A stretch of 17,594 nucleotides of DNA from Amoebophrya sp. A120 (Eukaryota > Protista > Dinoflagellata): NCBI GenBank assembly GCA_905178155.1, contig CAJINV010000035.1, positions 119,571 to 137,164 of the forward strand, written 5' to 3'. The position numbers were made by a program, and so were the translations under genes. Positions 1-6,465 of this stretch are shown in pieces; position 1 is the stretch's first letter; every line of letters starts with the position of its first letter. Below the pieces are notes generated by a model that was given only the letters and a program-made list of their open reading frames with translations, did no database searches and had not been told where the DNA came from.

Positions 1-257
1 GATCGTTTTTGCCAAGCTCGCAGTGCTTGGCACTTACACTGGACTTTGAGAACGTTGCTGATTTGCTAAGCGCGCACCACCACGCCACAGAACAAGGTCA
101 CAGCCAGAGATGAAAGAAAGTGAAATAATAACGCTCCAGTGCGTGAGCGCTGAAAGTCTGAACCTTTGAAGGTGCTGCTGTTCGGGTTCTCGTCGTCGTT
201 GATCTGCTTCAAGTTTATTAACAGCTTTAAACAGGGCTGGCATGGTTTGGCGTTTAA
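1..257. repeat. Long direct repeat, left copy (runs off the window start); duplicate of 6209-6465
   Basis: Matches 6209-6465 except at 131 (a vs g6339) and 241 (c vs t6449); the copies diverge after cgtttaa. Confidence 0.95.
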
Positions 258-374
258 TGGAGTTAAGAAACTTGAAAGAGATCACACGACCGGCAAGGGT
301 CCTCTCGCACATGCCGTGAAGTAAGCCTGCACTGTGTAGGTTGTGAAATTTTTTCTCCCGCCCACCCGCCCACG

Positions 375-1574
375 ATGGACATTGAGGAGGCTGCGCTGTA
401 TGGGGCTATGCTGTATTCCTCCCCGGCCGATGTCACAGGTGGAGTTAGCAGTAGTAGTTCCGCAACAGGCCCCGTTCCCGATGAGAAGACAGTAAACGCA
501 CCCGCAGCCAAGAAACGCAAGTACGACCGGGCGAAGGCTTCGCCTGTGCCGGCGCCGGGGGCAGCTGACAAGCTACCGCTCGAGGAAATTGTCAGGAGCC
601 TGAAGGACGACACCTTCCGCGAGAAGTTGTTGCAGGACTTCGCAGGGCGCCAATACGCGTCCCGGACCAAGGCTGCCCAGGGTTTCGTCATCGGGAAGTA
701 CGTCTGCCCGATCTTCGCCGCGATGGGCTGGAAGGCTGGCGAGCCGCTTGATGAGGAGAAACTCCGACTGGTTGCCGCCGTGTTGTACAAGTGCCAGGGA
801 ATCGGCAATAGTGCGGCGACTTACCTCGCCAACATCAAAGCGAGCGCAGACGGCAAGGTGTCTTGGTCTGCCACCTTGCAGGCGGAGTACTCGCGTTGCT
901 TCAAGATCTTGCAGTTAGACGCGAACCCGAGCCAGGAGAAGCCGGTGCTTGTTAGTTTTTGGACGACAGTGGATTCGATTACGCCCACCAACGACACCAT
1001 GATCGAGCACAAGGGCCAGCAGCTTTCCTGCTCGGAATGGCTGGACTTCGCGGTGTCTTCCTGGCTTCTGTTGTCCCGCCCGGATGAGCTGGCGGACCTG
1101 GCGCGCACGGTCACGCCCGCTGGGGAGGCTCGCTTTCATTTGTCGAAGTCAAAAGTTGACCAGGGTGGCCGCGGCTTCGACGCCTCTTTTCGGTGCTCCT
1201 GTGAGCTGTCGACTACCGTCGGGCTGTCCAGGAAGCTATGTGCTGCGCATTGCGTAGCTGATACGGTTTGGGACTCGTGGCGCCAGCAAGCGATGCTGGT
1301 GCACCGCCGTTGCTTCGCGGCCGTCTTGGAGCGCTGCAAGATCCCGAACAAGAAGGTGAACTCGACCCGCAGTGAATGGGGCCTCTACAGCTTCCACATC
1401 GGGGGGGCCCAGGCCGCTAGTCAGGGCGGACTCGACCAGCTTTCGATCAAAAAGCTGGGTCGGTGGAAGCAGTTCCAGACAATGGCGGCATACCTCGACG
1501 GCTGCTCCGTGAATTGCACGGAGACGACGGCAATCCGGTGGCCCCTTGCCGCCCCGCTGAATGTGATCAAGTAG
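375..1574 (+). CDS. Tyrosine recombinase of DIRS-type retroelement
   Basis: 399 aa. Box I LLSRPDE (R), SKSKVDQGGRG (K, cf. SKTDQ), YSFHIGGA (cf. HSFRIGGA), LGRWK (W) and AAYL (catalytic Y), in the expected order and spacing. Confidence 0.9.
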   Translation: MDIEEAALYGAMLYSSPADVTGGVSSSSSATGPVPDEKTVNAPAAKKRKYDRAKASPVPAPGAADKLPLEEIVRSLKDDTFREKLLQDFAGRQYASRTKAAQGFVIGKYVCPIFAAMGWKAGEPLDEEKLRLVAAVLYKCQGIGNSAATYLANIKASADGKVSWSATLQAEYSRCFKILQLDANPSQEKPVLVSFWTTVDSITPTNDTMIEHKGQQLSCSEWLDFAVSSWLLLSRPDELADLARTVTPAGEARFHLSKSKVDQGGRGFDASFRCSCELSTTVGLSRKLCAAHCVADTVWDSWRQQAMLVHRRCFAAVLERCKIPNKKVNSTRSEWGLYSFHIGGAQAASQGGLDQLSIKKLGRWKQFQTMAAYLDGCSVNCTETTAIRWPLAAPLNVIK

Positions 1575-1798
1575 TTGGGAGGATTGACCAGGATGACCGC
1601 GATGATCAGACCGTGACTGTTGTGAAACCTCCTCTGCATTGAGATCGTGACTTGACGGACCATAAAACCGAAATGATGTAGGCTCAGGCTCGTAAATTGA
1701 TGCAAATTGGTCGTAAATTATTGATGTAAATTCTGACGCAGTTCTAGTTCCTGGACATGATGATGATGGCGCCCAGATCGATGCGATAAATCCCTCTA

Positions 1799-1871
1799 CG
1801 GCAAATCTGGGGCTTTCGGGATCCGTCACATTTCTTGGCCTGGACGATTGTGCCCGGCTTAGCCTGTTTCA
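1799..1871. repeat. 73-bp internal direct repeat, copy 1
   Basis: cggcaaatctgggg...cttagcctgtttca; 68/73 identical to 2943-3015. Confidence 0.92.
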
Positions 1872-1924
1872 AGTTCTCTGCTTTAGATTTAGACCGTTGC
1901 GATCGACGATTTGGATCAGCCTCG

Positions 1925-1960
1925 AAAGTCGTGACGATGTGCAAAGTCGTGATGATGTGC
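1925..1960. repeat. 18-bp tandem repeat x2 upstream of gag-like ORF
   Basis: aaagtcgtgacgatgtgc followed by aaagtcgtgatgatgtgc. Confidence 0.8.
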
Positions 1961-2121
1961 TGCGTGAGTGTGAGTGTAGTATGCGTGAGGGTGAGCCTAT
2001 ACGTGAGCGAAAATGACTGGAGATAAGCGATCTGCCTGCGATCGTTCGTTCATGTTCTCACAGGGAAAAACGTTGATAATCTTCGGACCCACTTCTCGCT
2101 TCGCAGTCGCCCATCTTCAAA

Positions 2122-2940
2122 ATGGCCAACGCTAACGCTGCGCAGCAGTTCATGGGTCTCCTCGGAGACGCGGGGGTCCAGTTGCCCACCGCGGCGCAAC
2201 TGGTAGCCCACAACGCTGCCGTCGAGAACATCCCCGAGGAGTACAAGCCGACCTTCGGCACGACCCAGAAGTACCGCCGCCGATACGAGGGTGAGCAGAT
2301 GATGGCCATGATTGACATGGCGGCGAAGGAGATGGCGCCGCAGCAGTTCTGCGGCGTGTTGCGTGCCATCGGTCTCTTTGACGATGACCAGGCCAACACG
2401 ATGATCCAGTATGTCACGAAGCTGCACACCGGTGACATGTTGAGCACCGCCGCCGTCGGCCTGCCGAAGAAGAAGGTTTGGGACATGTACTTCGAGAAGG
2501 CCAAGGGCGTCATCCAGAGTATGCCGGCCGCGCCGGCTGGCCAGGCCAACCCGTACCAGTTCCGTTGCCGTGTGGCTCTGACCGTGTCCCTGAAGGCCGC
2601 CATGCGTACTGCCAGCGAGCTCGAGAAGGAGAAGACCAGCATGACGGCCGAGATCGAGCGCAAAGTGACGAGCATTCTTGACTCCGCCATGTCCAAGATG
2701 TCCAAGAAGCTGGACACGATCCAGGCCCAGGCTGGTCGCAAGCGTCCGGGGGAGGGTGACAACGGCGCTGGCCGCAAGTTTAGTACCCCCCTGTTGTGCC
2801 ATGATTGGATGAAAGGCACCTGCTCCCGGGGTGCTGCTTGCAAATTTGCGCACTCCGGTTCTTTGGACCGCCTGAAATTTGTCCGGGACCTGAAAGGGTT
2901 CCCTATTTCAGATGAGAAGCTGCAGGAGCTTGCTTCCTAG
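2122..2940 (+). CDS. Gag-like protein with coiled-coil-like region and C-terminal CCCH zinc finger
   Basis: 272 aa, strong GC3 codon bias, aaaATGg start context, CHDWMKGTCSRGAACKFAH (C-x7-C-x5-C-x3-H). The gag role is inferred from its position before RT. Confidence 0.8.
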   Translation: MANANAAQQFMGLLGDAGVQLPTAAQLVAHNAAVENIPEEYKPTFGTTQKYRRRYEGEQMMAMIDMAAKEMAPQQFCGVLRAIGLFDDDQANTMIQYVTKLHTGDMLSTAAVGLPKKKVWDMYFEKAKGVIQSMPAAPAGQANPYQFRCRVALTVSLKAAMRTASELEKEKTSMTAEIERKVTSILDSAMSKMSKKLDTIQAQAGRKRPGEGDNGAGRKFSTPLLCHDWMKGTCSRGAACKFAHSGSLDRLKFVRDLKGFPISDEKLQELAS

Positions 2941-2942
2941 AC

Positions 2943-3015
2943 CGGCAAATCTGGGGCCTTCGGGATCCTTCAGATTTCTTGGCCTTGACGAATGTGCCCG
3001 GCTTAGCCTGTTTCA
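2943..3015. repeat. 73-bp internal direct repeat, copy 2
   Basis: Begins 3 nt after the gag stop; contains the hairpin aaatctg...cc-ttcg-gg...cagattt. Confidence 0.92.
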
Positions 3016-3332
3016 CCTCTATGCGGGTGGCGTCGCTATTATATATACATAACTTTGTAGAGGCTTGAGAGTATTGTGGTGTCCGGGGATCATTATTACG
3101 ATTTAGACTCTTTGCGCTGTTGCTTGCGAGCATTTCTCTATGTGTTCCCCACTTCTGTGTGAGCTCGGTGGCAGGCGATAAGCCCGCCAATGAGTTATCA
3201 ACCCGCGCGACGAACTAGAGCTAGATCTTGAAAGTGCGGCATTCTGACGCCGATGCTAGTCCATCGATTTCACTACTTTTGGTCTGCTGTTTTCCCCCAA
3301 AATCGGCCGACTGTTATCGGGAGTTCGAACGC

Positions 3333-3575
3333 CGAACATTCAGAGTCTCGGTTGTCTGTGCCTGATTCACGGCCGCCAGTTCTGCCAAGTGGACTGGTCG
3401 GAAGAATTAGGTCTCGACACTTGCCTTCTCCAAAAACATAAACATAACATCAGGTCCAAGCCGTCCGCCGCAGGAAGATAGAGCTTTAGGATTTGCGCTA
3501 CTGTGTCGAGACCTTAAGATACCCACCAGTCCGCTGCTTCGAATCTTAGTTCCTGAGCTGTGAGTGACGTGTTCG
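3333..3575 (+). other. Long imperfect stem-loop upstream of RT ORF
   Basis: Nested complementary arms: 3409-3420/3503-3514 (12 bp perfect), 3388-3398/3525-3535, 3366-3373/3557-3564, 3333-3339/3569-3575. Mismatches read as G-U pairs on the + strand. Confidence 0.75.
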
Positions 3576-3609
3576 TGATTCGTGACTGACCTACCTGTGA
3601 AGAGTATTT

Positions 3610-5913
3610 GTGATTGACCTACCTTTGAGAGACAGCATGTTACTGAATGACATGCCCGCCCCGCCCGCCCTTGACAGCGGAAAGAGGGATTTGATCGGTG
3701 TTGGTGAGCTCTTCGATAAGCGCCGTGTGTACGGGTGCCGGTCCACCATGCCGTGGATGGTGCGGGATGTTGTGCAGGAACTGAAGAGGACTCCCGCACG
3801 GGAGACGATGGCAAGGAATTCCGTCCTTGCTCGTTGGCTGGTCTCGCTTCATTCGTCCACGAAGGAAGCCAATGAGGTGATGGCGAAGAGCTTGCCGGAC
3901 CACATGCAGAGAAATTACCAGAACCATGGGAAGCAGTTAGAGATGTGGTTCGCCCTTCTGGACTTGGCGGTGGACAGGCTTCAAGATCCGGACGTGACGC
4001 CGGCCGACAAGATAAAGATGAAGGCTTGTCGGCGCAAGTTGATCAGAGGCGTCACCACGCGGGGCGACATCTCGCCGTGCGGCTTCTGGCGGGAAGCTTT
4101 ACCCACTGACGAAGACAAGCGGGGGGCTTCGCCTCCTTTGCTGGACCCAGGTGGCTGGCGGCCGCCAGCTGACCACTGGGCTGATGAGGCGCAAATACTC
4201 GAGATGGAGAGACAGGCGGATGCAAATCTTGCGGCCGGTATCTGGGTGGAAGTTGACCCGGTCGCACCTCTTCCGTCTGTTCCGGCGATTGGGTTCCCGG
4301 TGGAGCAGAAGAACAAAACGCGCTTGTGTGTAGATTTTCGACCACACAACAAACACATGCGGCCGGCGGACAGGATTCGCCTGTTGGGGCCACGCCACTC
4401 GATCGAGGTTGCCGAGCTTTGTGCTAGTTCAACCGATGTGGTCACCTCCTGTTTTCAGACCAAGCGGGACGTCATTGCCGACACCTTCAGCGAGCGGGCC
4501 TTCCTACAGAATCACACACAGCCCTTCGCTTTGCCACCTTGCCGCGCGGTAGTTTCTGGCGCAGACGCTGAAGCAGGTGATGGGTTCGGTTTTGCGGCTG
4601 CCCTGGCCACCCGTGATCTCGAAGGGTACTACTACCAGCTTTGCGTGTCCAACCCCGACGAGAACCTCGTCGCCCTTCCACGCCCTAGGGCGAAGGGCGA
4701 CCGCAGCCGGCGCCGCTGGCGTGTGATCAAGTCCTACGTCGCCCTGTTTGGCAGTCTCGGTTCTGTGTTTGACTGCATCGGGATAAGTGAGTGCCACATG
4801 CTGATATGTGTGGTTTTGCTTCGCCTAGCCTGTCCGTATTATATCGACGACGCGACCCTGTTCGCGCGTCTCCTTGCACTTGCGTCCAGCGCCGCCCTGC
4901 TGGATCTATATTTGGCGTTGACGGGTTGGACCGTCGCGCACAAGAAGTCCGAGGCGCATACGGTGCAGCGGGTCCTGGTGTCGTTGGGCGTCGCCTACGA
5001 CCTGAGTCCGGACGGCTCCCGCTTGTCTGTGTTCATTCCGACGGAGAAGATCGCTCGGTGTGTTTCGAACATCACGAAACTCGTGCTCGACATTGAGAAC
5101 AGGTCCGCGCGCCTCGGGGATTTGCTGAGCGTGCGGGGCCTCTGCCGCTATGTCTCTTCCTTGAGCCCCGGCGTTGCTGGCGTGACTAAGGCTTTGGATC
5201 CGTGGGCGGATCCTCAGTCCTTCGGGAAGCTGATTCGCAAGGAGAAAAACCGACAGCAGCTCATCTTCACCCTGCGGCTGCTTTCGCAGTTCATATCTGT
5301 GATGCCGCCGAGGGAGATCTCATTGGCTGCCGGCTGTCGGCAGTTGCAGCATCTGTATTCTGATGCCGCCTGCGAAGCATGGGACGGCTCAAAGGTGTCT
5401 ACTTTGGCCGGCGGGTCCTCCGTCGACGTTTCCAAGCTCGGCATTATGATCGGCGGCGTCTGTTGTAAGAGCGGCTTTCGGATGCACATCAGAACAATCC
5501 CGCAGTGGGTCGCCGATGCCTCACCGAGCATCGGGTTTTGGGAGATAGTTGCAGCTGACGTTAGTCAGCGCCATTTTTCCCAGATTCTCGCCGGCTGCCA
5601 CCCCGTTCACCATATCGACAACATGGGCGATTGCTTTTGCCTGGTGTCTGGGTCCTGCAGAAACATGCTGATGCAGAGCGCCATTGACGCCATCACGATC
5701 CGGCTGGCCCGCCTGCCTTTGTCCGTGTACTACGTTTGGATTTCCACGCACAGGAACAAAGCCGACCTGCCTACGAGGCTCCTGAAGCTTCGCGCCTTGC
5801 AGGAAGCGTATCCGGACATTATTTGGGACGATTTGAACGCTGGTCCGGTGGCTATTCCCTGGGAGGAATACCGTCGGGATTTTGAGAAGCTTGCTGCCAC
5901 CGGTCGAAGTTAG
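3610..5913 (+). CDS. Reverse transcriptase + RNase H (DIRS-type pol); first ATG at 3637
   Basis: RT motifs RLCVDFRPHN, DLEGYYYQL, LFGS, YYIDD, SLGV. RNase H motifs LYSDAA, WEIVAA, HIDN, WISTHRNKADLPTR, typical of YR retrotransposons. Confidence 0.93.
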   Translation: MIDLPLRDSMLLNDMPAPPALDSGKRDLIGVGELFDKRRVYGCRSTMPWMVRDVVQELKRTPARETMARNSVLARWLVSLHSSTKEANEVMAKSLPDHMQRNYQNHGKQLEMWFALLDLAVDRLQDPDVTPADKIKMKACRRKLIRGVTTRGDISPCGFWREALPTDEDKRGASPPLLDPGGWRPPADHWADEAQILEMERQADANLAAGIWVEVDPVAPLPSVPAIGFPVEQKNKTRLCVDFRPHNKHMRPADRIRLLGPRHSIEVAELCASSTDVVTSCFQTKRDVIADTFSERAFLQNHTQPFALPPCRAVVSGADAEAGDGFGFAAALATRDLEGYYYQLCVSNPDENLVALPRPRAKGDRSRRRWRVIKSYVALFGSLGSVFDCIGISECHMLICVVLLRLACPYYIDDATLFARLLALASSAALLDLYLALTGWTVAHKKSEAHTVQRVLVSLGVAYDLSPDGSRLSVFIPTEKIARCVSNITKLVLDIENRSARLGDLLSVRGLCRYVSSLSPGVAGVTKALDPWADPQSFGKLIRKEKNRQQLIFTLRLLSQFISVMPPREISLAAGCRQLQHLYSDAACEAWDGSKVSTLAGGSSVDVSKLGIMIGGVCCKSGFRMHIRTIPQWVADASPSIGFWEIVAADVSQRHFSQILAGCHPVHHIDNMGDCFCLVSGSCRNMLMQSAIDAITIRLARLPLSVYYVWISTHRNKADLPTRLLKLRALQEAYPDIIWDDLNAGPVAIPWEEYRRDFEKLAATGRS

Positions 5914-6208
5914 TTGCGCTTCCCTCCTTCGGGGGGGCTATCTCAATAGATGCGAACTGGCTGTGACCTAGCTCGACCGCCGAGCGAAATCGGTGCGCCA
6001 TGTGGAATTTTTTTTTGGGGGTCCCTGCCACGTTTACTGCACTCGCTGCGGCCTCGCAGCGCACTTTCCGCGCAGATCCGGGCATGGAGTTCGTGTTGAG
6101 TGACGTCGGCCCAGCCTTGTGCTGTGCTGGCCGATCCACCTCTTTGTGCTATAGATGCTCCTCCCGGGTCTGTCCTTTCCCTCTGGGGGCAGGGGCCTCA
6201 CCTTGGTG

Positions 6209-6465
6209 GATCGTTTTTGCCAAGCTCGCAGTGCTTGGCACTTACACTGGACTTTGAGAACGTTGCTGATTTGCTAAGCGCGCACCACCACGCCACAGAA
6301 CAAGGTCACAGCCAGAGATGAAAGAAAGTGAAATAATAGCGCTCCAGTGCGTGAGCGCTGAAAGTCTGAACCTTTGAAGGTGCTGCTGTTCGGGTTCTCG
6401 TCGTCGTTGATCTGCTTCAAGTTTATTAACAGCTTTAAACAGGGCTGGTATGGTTTGGCGTTTAA
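6209..6465. repeat. Long direct repeat, right copy; overlaps last exon and intron of host gene 1
   Basis: 255/257 identical to 1-257. Confidence 0.95.

Larger units (their letters stand above)
342..6016 (+). mobile_element. Tyrosine-recombinase retrotransposon (DIRS order), YR-gag-RT/RNaseH
   Basis: Three long co-oriented ORFs with YR, CCCH and RT/RH motifs; no DDE integrase or protease seen. Ends are tentative, based on tgtgaaatttttt (342-354) and tgtggaatttttt (6001-6013). Outer limits are 258 and 6208. Confidence 0.88.

Noticed and set aside
375-1574. YR as the mobiliser of the introners
   Set aside because: 5-bp target duplications with TIRs fit a DDE-type staggered cut better, and the retroelement shows none of the introner motifs; proximity alone is not evidence.
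1744-3190. Paralogous minus-strand peptides KQAKPGT...PQICR (1744-1944, 2903-3190)
   Set aside because: They are translations of the 73-bp repeat; all five differences are non-synonymous in that frame.
3150-3600. Group I intron or hammerhead ribozyme in the gag-RT spacer
   Set aside because: Only loose P7-like words (actag/ctagt) in no convincing core order, and no CUGANGA/GAAA pair; a covariance-model search would be decisive.
3253-3609. N-terminal extension of pol by readthrough from ORF 3253-3441 (same frame)
   Set aside because: At least three in-frame stops intervene (3439, 3445, 3598).
375-5913. Bacterial retron, prophage integrase or DGR
   Set aside because: RT has a DIRS-type RNase H, the partner ORF has a eukaryotic CCCH finger, and the flanks are intron-rich eukaryotic genes.
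263-6139. Antisense and nested ORFs over the element (e.g. 263-808, 2050-2853, 2058-2843, 3981-4445)
   Set aside because: Shadows of GC-rich, codon-biased sense ORFs with no recognisable motifs.
1-6465. LTR retrotransposon with 257-bp LTRs
   Set aside because: No DDE integrase or protease, no CA end or primer-binding site seen, and the repeat splices into a host gene.
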